A stretch of 64,000 nt of DNA from Raillietiella orientalis (GCA_036172245.1 JAYWIR010000057.1:248001-312000), one strand, 5' to 3'; positions 12,301 to 23,775 are shown, numbered from the stretch's first letter. A program made the numbers and translations. Notes: generated by a model from the sequence alone, not told the origin.

Positions 12301-15112
12301 AAAAAATCCACTCTGAGAATCAAGCTACATTCTGTATTCTTTTTTTTATGGAAAAAATTTGAACTAGCTTGTTCTGATTTGCTTTTGTTCATAACATTTT
12401 AAAATGAGTCGACTAGTCTTATTCGAATTACAAGCATCCCACATATTTAGTAAATATTACTAAATCATCAAAATACACACAAATCCAATATGTATGAAAA
12501 AAATACCATTTGAGCAAACCTTCCATAGTCGAAGTTATGAATTTGCAAAATTCACAATTCGCAGTTATTTGGTTGCAAAAACATTCTACTGAAAACAAGT
12601 GAAAACTTTAAAATGCAAACAGAAACTTGTCACCAAAGCCTTATAGTTCATGAAAGCGATAAATATAAATTGCAAGGGTTGCGTGTATTCAAAGCATACT
12701 GAATTTGCCAAAACACCCTTACCATATCCCTAAGATCAAGCCATCACTCTTTTTGATTATGTCAGTGAACATGAATATTAATAAAAAGCATGAGGAGAAT
12801 GTTCTGCATTACTGTGACTTTTATAATCAAATAGATTTACCATCTTTAATATTTACAAGAACAGATATGTCATATTTGTAACCCAGCTCGAAATTGATAG
12901 ATGGTTTACCACTTTCTGAAAGAAACGTTTCTACACACAAAAAAAAAAGCGTTCATACCAGTCACATATGTGTGCAGAGTATCAAATGATTCACAAAATT
13001 AACCCTAGAAAGAATTACCGAACAAAAAATTGCGGAGGGGCATAAAAGTACTGAGCTAAAAACTACATTTCATTTTCAACTCTATGAATACTTTTTGGTC
13101 ACCAGAGACAATCAAATATCTTCCAGAGTTTCTTAAGAAATTTTTTCAAGTTGTGATAAGACAAACACAAACATGTCATGAATGTGACAATTTGAGGAAT
13201 GCCTTTGCAGCCAGTGTTTGATATTTTTGCATGAATAACGTTAAAAAAATGCAGCCAAAATAAACTAATGCAAATGTACCTCAGATATAGCTTTGCCACA
13301 TCCTTTGTTTTCACATGCTGTGCAAGCATTAGATTGCTTCTTTATGCAATGTATTTCTGGTTTTCATAAGATTTTTAAAATCTAATGGGAAAAGTACTAA
13401 TTGTACATCATGTATGTATTTAAATAGATATCTGCCCAGAGGGAAAAAAATACATGGAATAAAGTGATTAAACCAAAATAGAAACTGCCAGCCCAATACT
13501 CAATATTTCACATTTTTCTACACTTTCTGCTGAACTTCTAATTTCTGGTAATTTTTCACTGCGTATTTTATACATCATCAATAATTCTTATTCAAATCAG
13601 AATCATTACGATTTAAGATTATACACGTCATTAATCAAAAACACATATTTAATTTCCACTGTATTTTTTTTTACAGCTGCTATTTTTCTGCACTTGCTTT
13701 TCCAATACACTTTCTTTAGCCCTACTTTTTCAAAATAATTCTCTTTTTGGAAAAACTGAGCATCAAATTAGCTTAAACCAAAGAACCAACTAATTAATTA
13801 GAATTTAAATTAAGTAACTGCAAAATGATTAAGGAATTATATTTTGTTTCTAAAACCTTTCAGTCATACATCTTTAGCACTCAAGATTCACGTTGGTGTA
13901 TTTCCTAATGAATGTAAGCTCAATGTAATTACAAAAAATTATAAACAACTTTCCCATCATATGCAACAAGTTATTTTCTCTAGGCTACTACCAACATTAC
14001 TTGCTAACAGAAGATTCTATTTTGGTTTCTGAAATTAAAGATATCTAATACTATTCACTGTTGCTTACCATGTGCTCATTCTTCTTGAAAAGAAGCACAA
14101 AATTTCAATGCAATTTACATATAAAACCAGAAAGTGGAACTCAAGACACAAAGGATATGATAAAACCAGAAAACAGGAAATTACAAAAATGAATGTCCTG
14201 AACTGCTTTAAAACTCCAAACTGAATTCATAAGGAGATGAAAAATTACAGGGCATATAATAATTGTTTTAATTTTGATATAGTAGAGCAAAATTTGCTTA
14301 ACTAATCAAGAATATGGAATTTGTAAAAAGCAAATTCCAAAAATCTGTTCTCTTGTGCAAAAAACGCATTTAACCTCAAAAATAGTCTAATTTAATCATG
14401 CAATAAACAAGGAAAATCTCAATGAATACGAAAGGGTCCACATAGTACTTTAAACAACATAAAAAGAATGCTACCATGACAAAGATACTTTTGTCTCTTG
14501 CTCTTGTTAAAGCAAATGGCCATAAGTATAATAATTCTAATGAAATTAACATTAGCAAGTACTAATGCTTAATAAATTAATTGTTTTTATTTGGAAATAC
14601 GATGAAATTGTTCTTTATTAAAACAACCACATCTGCACTTGAGCTTTTCATTTAAGTAACTTAATTTTAAGCATTTCCCAGACCAACAGCCCACCTATAT
14701 GCTTAATTTCACATAAAGTAACATCATTTAAATTATACACGAAATGAGTTCGTTTACATAATACTCTCTACTACTTACAGAGAAAAACCTGAAATAATTT
14801 CCAAAACCTACATAACAAAATCAATCAAGTTATCGTAGATGCATTTTTCATATGCATTTAATTTGTCCAAATCAGTCCATGATGAACTGTGATCTTTTTT
14901 TTTTTTCTATAAATTTTCACAAATAACCCAAAATTACTTTATAATCATAGATAATAAAAAACTTGAAAAATTATTTTAGTTACTCAAAACCAACTTACAA
15001 CACTGTCTTGGAAACAGTACTCTGCACTACTCTTCCCACTGAAAGATTCTACTTTCTTTTTCTTTGCAGGAGGAGATGCTGATTTGTTGGTGTTTCTGAC
15101 AGTATCTGACAT
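1034..15112 (-). CDS. UBA1: Ubiquitin-activating enzyme E1, long NLS-bearing isoform (~1059 aa). Exons: 15112-14999, 4708-4466, 4416-4282, 4230-4033, 3984-3852, 3804-3560, 3503-3225, 3174-2908, 2858-2723, 2682-2150, 2091-1899, 1851-1667, 1613-1422, 1360-1034
   Basis: The distal exon reads [38 protein letters not shown] and ends at a phase-0 GTAAGT donor. It joins in frame to the TTCCAG acceptor at 4709 (HLAL-MAQNG...). The core exons carry the UBA1 motifs. Linking the distal exon to the core is an inference from frame, splice signals and the NLS. Confidence 0.75.
5229..5382 (+). other. Possible first coding exon (signal-peptide-like) of an unidentified gene, antisense within UBA1 intron 1
   Basis: An ATG-initiated frame ...[30 protein letters not shown] ends at a CAG|GTAAAG donor. 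No downstream exons were found. Confidence 0.25.
6308..6337. repeat. Poly(T) tract (~30 nt)
   Basis: Direct reading. Confidence 0.9.
11781..11819. repeat. Perfect 16-bp inverted repeat with a 7-nt spacer
   Basis: AGTAACCACACTGTAT-TATTATT-ATACAGTGTGGTTACT. Confidence 0.9.
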
Positions 15113-15873
15113 CTATTTCCAGATTCTTGCCAATTTTTGTAGACGTAGCTTGGATTTTACTGTTTTAATAGTACAAGATTTAATGAAAGATTTGAATTCA
15201 CAAATTCCAATAAACTCTGAAAAAAGAAACCTTTTGATTGTTTTTGAAGGCAAACTTGAATTATCCATGCAAACAAAAGAAAAAAGTTATATCTAAATGA
15301 AATCTAAGACTCAATAAACATTCTTGGGTGCAATACAAATTCTAAAGGTAATACAAATAAGTTATATTAAGGGATAAAAATAAATAAACGATCTCTACTT
15401 TCCAAAGTCGTTAAAAATTTCGATATGGAATTAACTTTCGATATCTGCTGTTACACTGACCATAGAATGACAAAAAATCTAATTACACCAAAATATGAGA
15501 TATTTACACACACATAAGCTTAGGTAATTTCGTTTTCAATCAACAGTCTCGTTTCCTTAAAAGAACCAACAACAAAAGTGTTTATTCAAGGAAAAAAATT
15601 AACGTGCCAATCTGATCTTGTCGCATAATTGACAAAATTTTGTTTATAGTCACACCCATACAAACAAAACGCTCTGGAATCAGCTGTGAGAGCTGAAAAC
15701 GGCAAAATCAGTGGAAAGCAGCATCAACCAAAAAGTGGTGTACAGTGGTGCATAAATGTTACTACAAGTTCTTAAAGTATTCTGAGCAAGAATAACGATA
15801 AGTTTATGAAATCTAAGCTTAGAGACGTTTTAATGCAATGTCTAAACACAAATTCGAAATCAGCTGAGGAAAG

Positions 15874-15908
15874 TTGATTTCAGCGGTTGTATAAACCGCT
15901 GAAATCAA
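15874..15908. repeat. Perfect 15-bp inverted repeat with a 5-nt spacer
   Basis: TTGATTTCAGCGGTT-GTATA-AACCGCTGAAATCAA. Confidence 0.9.
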
Positions 15909-18900
15909 TAAAGGACCTGAAAGTTAAACCTGGAATGCACTGCATACGTTGCATTTTCACCCAATGGACAACATGCTTATGCACACATACACGAGCCTAA
16001 ACTTTCATCAGAATTCGGCAATTATATATTTAAAAATGCAATTTGGAGAATATAAGTGCTCAGGAGTTGAGAGGGATTTCAAAAGTAAAAAAAAAAACAA
16101 AAAAATGCTTCTTCCTACGAAGGGTTAACCTACATCTAAACTGCAAATGGCAAATAAAATGAACCCAATTTAGTGTCACCATTCCGCTTGTACAGCGCCG
16201 CCACCACAACACTTTCGTGAAACGATCACAAATATGCATACACAACCAATGTCTAGAGTTACTGACTTCGTACGGTATGCCTTTTGCATAATGACTATGC
16301 CACTTCGGGGTATAACTTCGGCTCCCTTGGTTATTAGTTCGAATCCGCTTGCAATCCGCTCAAAATCAACATAGATTTCACACACGGACCTTTACAAAGC
16401 TTTCGTACTACCCAGCATCTCACAAAAGATACTATTTTTGCATTTAATCTGTTCAGTTATCATGGTGTCCGCAAAAATACTTGTCAACCTTGAGAAGGGA
16501 TACATGAAAAGTAGACATCATACAGATTATTATCCACGAGCTGTACTAATTGCCGGTGCGATACTGCCAAATTTATCGAAACTATCAGCCCGACGGCCGT
16601 TGCACAATTAAATAAGTTACAAAATTCACAACTTACGTATACGTACATTCATGTGGTCATGAGAGAGACACATGCAAACGATCCCATATACGTCTTTAGT
16701 TTGAGAATGCTACTTTATGACCGTGAAACAAAATCGACGAGAGTACCATCAATGGTATAGAACAAACGCTCGCATATACACTCGCATACGTCTACTAGTA
16801 ATTCTATTTACTCAAAGACTGCTCCCTGTTTGGAATAACTTAATAAGAGCAGCATCTCATTCAGGGTTCGAAGCACTAATCAGTAGATACACACAAGTAC
16901 CTCAAGCCCAAAAAATTCTAAAGACTATCTATATTGCGAAAGCAGATTAAAAAATTGGAGAAACTATAATTTGATGGGTTGCCATAAAGAATGCCTCCCA
17001 TTTTTTCTTTCACCTGTTATTAGATTCACTCCAAAAATAAGCTTTTCGGCAGAGTTGGATTCTGCATGTTATTTAAGAAAGCATGACGCAACATTTCGAC
17101 AGATTGGGCACAGCTTTGTGTTTGAAATGCATTTCCAGGAAGTCACTCAAAGAGCAAATTTGCATGTTTTCAAATTATCAATCAATATTGATCAATACTG
17201 ATGTATTATCCCCCTCAGCTCCTAAAGGTCAAATCTCAAGAGCACTCTTTTGGAAAAAAAGCAACGCAATATTGGAAACCAAACTGTGATTTTTAAACAA
17301 TTTGATTTTCTAATAATTTGGAGCACACTAAGAGTTCTCGATTCTAAACACTTCCACGATAACAAGTGCAGTAGTGTAGTGTGTGTGCTTTGTGGGGGGG
17401 GGAGGGAAGATGTTAGCCTAGGTAGGTATAAATCATGCATTTCCTGTACTCAATTTTTCTTTTCATTGGAACATTAATTACTCACATATAGACTTCCACA
17501 TGCCGAAAGCATCAAAATCCAACAGATAAATAGTTATCAAAAATTTCTTTTGAGGTTTTTTCTATAGTTCTGTCTTTCTCTCTCAATTCGTTTTGTTCGT
17601 TTACTTTAATTGAAGTTTACTACTTCTCACTTGTGTGAAGGTCGTGTTGCCTTCTCATTCGATTTCCTTGTTAGCAACGAAATCTTTCGAATGTTAGCAC
17701 CAGGTTTAATTATTTATTTCTCTGTTCATCTTCTTTTTCTAGAACACGGGCACAAATTGAGCTTCCGAGGATTTTTTTCCTTGTCCTTATGCTACAAAGT
17801 ATTTTCATAAAGACACCCATGTGTCCACCGCTGTAGATTAAGAAACTCAGATTTCTCTTTCGCAATCTTAACAATTATAATCTTTAGCTGATGTGTACAA
17901 ATAATTCTCTCTTATGGCTAATTGCACATTTCGATCAAAGAGTCTAAACAAAGAGTGCTGCCTCGTTGAAAAAGTTTCACGTGAAAAAATTCCAAAGCCT
18001 TCCTGAAAGCCTGGAAAGAATACCGTAGTATGAATAATAGATGGGGATCATACCCTTGAACTTGGAATGTAGATTTGGCTCAATAAAACCAGTTTGCTTG
18101 GCATGAAGAGGAACTCGGTGGAAATACACACAGAAGTGCTATAACGAATTATCGAAACGCATCTAATGTTGAGCTTATTGTTTAAATTTTAAGACTTGAG
18201 CTTATTGTTATAAAAACAAGATCAGCGTACATGGAATGCAAAACTTGATCTATAAAAAAGGTGGCAGTTGAGATTTTCTTTACGAGTATATCCTTCCGGA
18301 GAGCTACCCCATTGAATTCCAGAGAGCTGCTTCCATCCAATCTAATCCAGAGCTTCTTCCTCCCCCCCCCCCCCCCCGACCATTCCATACCCCAAAGCCG
18401 CAACACACCAATGTGAGAAGAACATACCAGTAACGACATACACGAACACACACCCCATTTAGTGATAAGTGCTGCACCATAGGTTCAGGTTCATGAAGCA
18501 TGACCACAGGAATCCATGGATAAAAAGTTGAATCACTCAGAAAGTCATCAGCTGAAATTGACGTCATCGATATTTCGTGTACAGCAATGTTGTGATAAGC
18601 CTGTAATTGAGGTATTGAAAGACGGACTGAATTCATCGCATGATGTGTATGCTGGGGGACATGACTCAACAACAGACTCATAAAGAGATACGTTTGAAAT
18701 ATCTTGGAAACATCATCCACAGCAACATATGATCGAAAATGATGAAGTTTTATGGATAGGTACCTTATATGGCGATGTCCTTCGTTTTTATGGTATTTTT
18801 TTATGTATAAAAAAAAAGAAAAGAAAAAGTAGGCTGTTTCACTCTAGTCGAAATTTCTATTCAAAACTAATGAAAACATTAATAGTCATTGCTGTTTCCG

Positions 18901-19112
18901 TCTGTTTGTACATAAATATTTTGAAATCATAATATTCGTAAGCAGATCTAAAAGATTGTCACTTACAATAATATATACTGTGAAACTCGTACCGAAAGCT
19001 TCATGATTTATTTCCTCTTTTGAAATAAAAGCTAATGGTTTGTATGGCAGCCAAGAAAAGTTCCTAATCAAATAAATTGAAAAATGTTCAAATTTTTTAA
19101 TTACTCGCCATT

Positions 19113-19618
19113 CAACACCCGGATATGCCAGGGCATTTATTTATAACAAATAAAAGTGCAATTACATTTTCGTGTGGTGAACCCAAAGGCTCACTACATC
19201 ATGGCAGCTTGCTGCTTGCCGAGGCAAGACCGGCGAGGTCCATCCGACGCGCGGGGGTAGGGATAAGTAAACAAAAAGAAACAAAAAAAGTAAACGTGGG
19301 GAAGGCAGAAATACCTAAGGGGTGGGGAGGGCGGGGAAGGGATCCTACTGCGCGCGGATCGGTCCTCTAGATCCTGTTCAGGATCCTCGCAAGCTGAGTT
19401 CTTGCGCCCAGGTGGGGCCACCAGCAAATGTTCCGTACAAAGATGCGCGTCCAGTGGATGGCATCCCTGCAATTACCTAAAATGACGAACGATGACGCGT
19501 ACGATTCTGATACGATTCCGCGAATGCAGCACAGCACTGCTATAGACGCGGCCGGGGGCAAACCGGCACGCGAGAAGAGGCTCCAGAAAATGTGGGGGTG
19601 CCTCCGTGAACGTTCAGG
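19113..19618 (-). mobile_element. 5'-truncated non-LTR retrotransposon (L1/Tx1-like ORF2 C-terminus plus 3' UTR) with a 13-bp target-site duplication
   Basis: A 506-bp GC-rich island in AT-rich DNA is flanked by identical ATTACTCGCCATT (19100-19112 and 19619-19631). A minus-strand frame (HIFWSLFSRA...LARILNRI*) is open from the 5' junction to a stop at 19367. A pyrimidine-rich UTR and AATAAA (19136-19141) follow. The clade call is from recalled motif similarity only. Confidence 0.75.
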
Positions 19619-20336
19619 ATTACTCGCCATTATTTAAACTGGGTATTGTAGATAATGTAGTAATTACAAAAATTACATACAGTGAAAATGGTAAACTTTT
19701 GATTTCATTACTTCAAAAATTAAAGGGGGGAAACAGGATACTTTATAATTTTTTAATACATACAGTCACAACTCTAGAGGAGGCAATGAGATCAGGTCTG
19801 ATGGTTAGTTTAAAACATTAAAGTGTAGACATGAATGTATAATTTTCTGCAGTGACTAGCGCTTTATAGAAATTTAAAGGCTTTGAGATTCTTGAATTTC
19901 CTTTTTTTGTAATTCTTTGATTGAGAATAAGACTATCGACATTCAATGGTTTTTTGGGCAATATACTCTTTTCTGTGATTAAAGGATTATCTGCACTGTC
20001 GAGTGCTGTCATGGAATCAGTCTCCAAGAATGCAATCAGTTTTCATATAATTGGATTCATGTTCACAGAATTTTGTCTTCTGTCTAAGAGTAATTCTCAT
20101 GCTACTGTGAATGGAAATCTAGAGCTGTAGTACAGAAAGACGTATGATATATCCGATTAATAAAAAATGAACGTCATTTGTTTAACCTAACTAAAAACAA
20201 ACAAATAAGCTCGCAGTGATTTTACTTAACAGTTGGGGCTCATCGCAAAATGGTTCTGATATTTTCCAGTGTCCACTAGAAGGACTCTTCTGAAAATGAA
20301 AATGGTTCATTTATATACATTGAGTATATATTTTAC

Positions 20337-20632
20337 TCGCTTGAGACTGTACGGGTAAGTGAGTTGTTATGTGTTGCAAATCATAATACTTGTTTATCGT
20401 TCGAATGATGTTAACGTTGCCGTAGTCCTCATACAAAACATCAAAACACCTGCTCAAATTCATGCATGCATCATTCATAAGTTTTATTTATATCGTAAAT
20501 CGGATATTTGGATTCGGTATTCGAGTTGCTGATATGCATTCCTTAAGAATACTTCGTTTTTGTCTGTGAGATCCCATTTTCCCTCCAATCGGTTGAGCAT
20601 ATGCCACATCCAGCAACTCTGCTGAAAATTGT
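20337..20632 (-). pseudogene. Possible Tudor-domain exon pair (relic or divergent gene)
   Basis: Two exon-like segments (~20632-20562 and 20449-~20337) have AG/GT borders. They splice to ...GICSTDWRENGISQTKTKCFDVLYEDYGNVNIIRTINKYYDLQHITTHLPVQSQ, resembling the Tudor W...V.(F/Y).DYGN...LP.Q pattern. Downstream exon-like segments have stops in all frames. Confidence 0.3.
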
Positions 20633-20661
20633 TTGGCAATCAGAATGCTAATTCATACAGT

Positions 20662-21347
20662 CAGGGTTGCCAAATTAGTGGATTTCACGCTAGATCTAGA
20701 GTTTCTGGAAACCCATCTAGTGGGTAAGAATATTTTATCCTGCTGAGCGGGAATTCTAGTTGTTTTTTAATCAGTGGTCACCGAAGATTACGGGTTTTTC
20801 ATGGCTGCAAAGAAAATTTTCAATTGTGGATGTGTAAATAGTCTGAAATGGAATTCCGAGTGTTTTTATCCACCCTTATTTCCATGTTGGCGGATTTGGA
20901 GTCACCTTAATAAATTATTGCATTATGGATAAACATTGTCGAGGAAAACGACTTTTTTATCATTAAACTATTTTGATATTTAAATTGTGATTGTTGCAGT
21001 GCAGCGGCAACTGACTTGAGAACTTAATTACAGTTTCCAGACTTTTCCAACGTTTTCCTTTAACCGTAGGTAATAAGACCGGCAGTGCCGCGCTCTCCTG
21101 GTAAACGTATCGGAACACGTGCAGCAGTAGCTTAGTAACACCAATTTCAGGTCATCAGCAATTAATTGTTAGTTTGCACTTTGTTTTTGCACTATTGAGT
21201 CCGAAGATAAAATGACATTAAGTGATTTAACAACGACAATAATAAATTCCTAGGTATTAAAATGTGGAAATTTGTTTTTGGTTTGGAGAATCGCGAGTTT
21301 TCGAAGGCCATCTAGCGGGATTCCATTAACTAATGTTGGCAACCGTG
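20662..21347. mobile_element. Non-autonomous DNA transposon (MITE) with hAT-like termini
   Basis: Left end CAGGGTTGCCAAATTAGTGGATTTCACGCTAGAT versus the reverse complement of the right end CACGGTTGCCAACATTAGTTAATGGAATCCCGCTAGAT. 686 bp, no ORF, TSD not cleanly preserved. Confidence 0.7.
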
Positions 21348-21899
21348 AACACACGGTATGATTCGCGTGTAAGTAACGGCGACTCACGAAGGCGTACGCT
21401 GTAGGATTTTGTTTGATACACCATGATTTTGTACTTGGATTCTTGTAGCAGCATATGGATTGCGGGATGTTTTGAATTGCAAAGTCAATTTGATTAAAGA
21501 TGCCTCGGAAGGTTGATTATCAATAAATTTTGTTTTTGAAAAAAAAAAAAAGAAAAAAAAAATAGATGTTTACGATTTACAGGTGTCGCAGATAAAACAA
21601 TTACAGATTTTTTTAACAACTGTTTGCAACGTTCTAACAGGCTGTTCATTTTCCCATCTTATTGTCGCGTGATTAATTTTGAGATCCCTTATTATTAAAG
21701 TAAGGTACGTCAAAGCTAATCAGACTTCAAAAAACTTTTGGTATCATGATGGTTGCTGTATATGTCAGTATTCAATTAGCAAATGAAATTTTTCGAGTAA
21801 TTAATATTTAAACTTTTCAGCAATACTTATTTAGAAGTATCGAAATTTCCTACGTTATATTGTTTCAATATTGCTTTCAAGGAGTGCAATTTGCAGAAA

Positions 21900-23729
21900 A
21901 TGAATGGCTTTCCCGTTGAACAATCTTCGCGTTCTAGGAAAAGAATTGAAAGCAGACAAAGAAAAAATCGTGCACTCTATCAGTTACTAATTCAGAGTAC
22001 AGAGGAAAAATGTGTATCTCATTCTCCCGGTGAAGAATCAACACATTCTCAGAATGAGTGTTCCATCAAAAAGAGGAAGGTAGAAAACATCCTGTCCCCT
22101 GAAGAACTTGCAGAATTGAGAGAAAAATTAAGAGAAAGACAGATACAGAAAATGTGTAAGCCTTCATTTTATCTAAATGAAGTGGGAATGAAATCTCAAA
22201 TACACATTGATTCAAGTGAAAGAATCCCCATATTTGTGAGTGATCTTCAGTGTCTGCTTCTGTATTCCCTAATAGGTAAAAGTGCCCCTTATCATCCACG
22301 TTGGTGTGAGATAAACCGATATAATATTCTAAATCAAGTGGAAATTATACTGTTAGATGGGTTGAATTTGAATGATTTCCTGCAGCAAGATTTCAGATTT
22401 ATGAAAACTTTGGAAAATCAACTTGAAGTTCTTTTACCCCAAAAGGAAGAGTTTTCCATTATTCAGGAACTTCTTTGTGTTCCACTCAGTTTGAACCAAA
22501 AAAACCGTATTGTTTCAATTCCGGATGCTATTTCACAAGGTCATGTACTTCAGATAATGAAATTTCTTTTCCCGATAAAGACATTAAATCTACAACACAA
22601 ATTTGAATTACTGAAAGGAAATGAAGTTATTCCCAGAACTGCTCTTTTGTTAAATTCTGTACAGCTATTGCATGAGAATTATCCTTTACCCATTTTTGTT
22701 GACCGCAATGACCATTTCATGAATTTTCGGTTCACCAAAGATTATTATGAAAGTGTGACTCCCACATCACCATTGATTGCTATTGACTGTGAAATGTGCA
22801 CCACTACATTGGGTCAAGAATTGACTCGAGTAGCTGTAGTTGCAGAAGATTATAAAGTTCTGTATCATTCTCTGGTCATTCCAGAAGGCAAAATACTAGA
22901 TTATGTTACTCGGTATTCAGGTATCACAAGGAACCTCTTGAGGGGAGTGACCACAAAGTTAAAAGATGTTCAAGATGCTCTGTGTACTCTTTTGCCAAGA
23001 GATGCCATTTTGGTTGGGCAATCATTAAATTGTGATCTCAAAGCATTGAAACTAATGCACCCATACATTATTGATACAAGTGTAGTGTACAATGTCACAG
23101 GCAATCGAGGTCGGAAGACTAAGCTTTCAGTCTTGACTAGTATGTTTCTTCAAGAACAGATTCAGCAGAAGGAATCAGGTCATGATCCTATAGAAGACAG
23201 CATTAGTGCTATGAAATTAATTCAACTTAAGTTACAAAAAGGTTTATCTTTTGGTGATGTGCTATTGCATGGAGAGATACCTGTTCTTCAAGGAGAATTC
23301 AAAAATGCGCATGAAAAACTTGTCCCAGCAGAAGAGGCGAAGTTCAAAACATCATTAACAACAAATTTGTTACATTATGTGCAAGCTGTTAAAAAGAAAA
23401 GTTTATATGTTGGTCCTGCATTTGATAATGTCACTCAACCTTTGTTGAATAACATTCTGAGTTGTAAACTTGTGACATCTGTTAAAGATACATTTAATAT
23501 CTCTTGTAAAAAAGCTTCGAATTTTGACTTTGTAATTACCAATGTATCTTTGAATGAAGAATTGAGAGGAGAAAAAAATTGGTCTTCTGTTTTGGGGAAA
23601 GTTGACCGAAGAGTTGATGAAAAAGTCAAGTGTTCAAAGAGAAACTCCTTGTTTGTGATCTTGTTTTCTGGATCATGTGTACCCACAACTTGGCAGAGTG
23701 GAGTGTGCCTTGTACATTTGAAGTTATGA
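21900..23729 (+). CDS. REXO5: RNA exonuclease 5-like (NEF-sp/REXO5) DEDDh 3'-5' exonuclease, 609 aa, intronless CDS
   Basis: ExoI IAIDCEMC, ExoII LVGQSLNCDLKAL, PYIIDTS and ExoIII GHDPIEDS, plus TRYSGIT typical of the REX1 family. The N-terminal PRWC-containing region resembles arthropod REXO5. First ATG is at 21900 (the ORF track starts at an upstream TTG). Confidence 0.85.
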   Translation: MNGFPVEQSSRSRKRIESRQRKNRALYQLLIQSTEEKCVSHSPGEESTHSQNECSIKKRKVENILSPEELAELREKLRERQIQKMCKPSFYLNEVGMKSQIHIDSSERIPIFVSDLQCLLLYSLIGKSAPYHPRWCEINRYNILNQVEIILLDGLNLNDFLQQDFRFMKTLENQLEVLLPQKEEFSIIQELLCVPLSLNQKNRIVSIPDAISQGHVLQIMKFLFPIKTLNLQHKFELLKGNEVIPRTALLLNSVQLLHENYPLPIFVDRNDHFMNFRFTKDYYESVTPTSPLIAIDCEMCTTTLGQELTRVAVVAEDYKVLYHSLVIPEGKILDYVTRYSGITRNLLRGVTTKLKDVQDALCTLLPRDAILVGQSLNCDLKALKLMHPYIIDTSVVYNVTGNRGRKTKLSVLTSMFLQEQIQQKESGHDPIEDSISAMKLIQLKLQKGLSFGDVLLHGEIPVLQGEFKNAHEKLVPAEEAKFKTSLTTNLLHYVQAVKKKSLYVGPAFDNVTQPLLNNILSCKLVTSVKDTFNISCKKASNFDFVITNVSLNEELRGEKNWSSVLGKVDRRVDEKVKCSKRNSLFVILFSGSCVPTTWQSGVCLVHLKL

Positions 23730-23769
23730 GACCTATGTTTGATGTGTCCAAATCAAATTTGGGCACAGC

Positions 23770-23775
23770 AATAAA
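23770..23775 (+). promoter_or_regulatory. Poly(A) signal AATAAA of the REXO5-like gene
   Basis: Canonical AATAAA 40 nt after the stop, followed by a T/GT-rich downstream element (TTTGTTCTGATGTTTT). Confidence 0.65.

Noticed and set aside
15050..15296. Plus-strand pyrimidine tract and acceptor (TTTCTTTTTCTTTGCAG) with a 70-aa ORF
   Set aside because: The tract is the antisense of the KKKK codons of the UBA1 NLS exon.
18169..18209. 14-bp direct repeat TTGAGCTTATTGTT, two copies
   Set aside because: Only two copies with a short spacer, so a local duplication and not a CRISPR or other array.
21891..21899. TTG start given by the ORF track for the exonuclease
   Set aside because: Eukaryotic gene with an in-frame ATG three codons later, at 21900.
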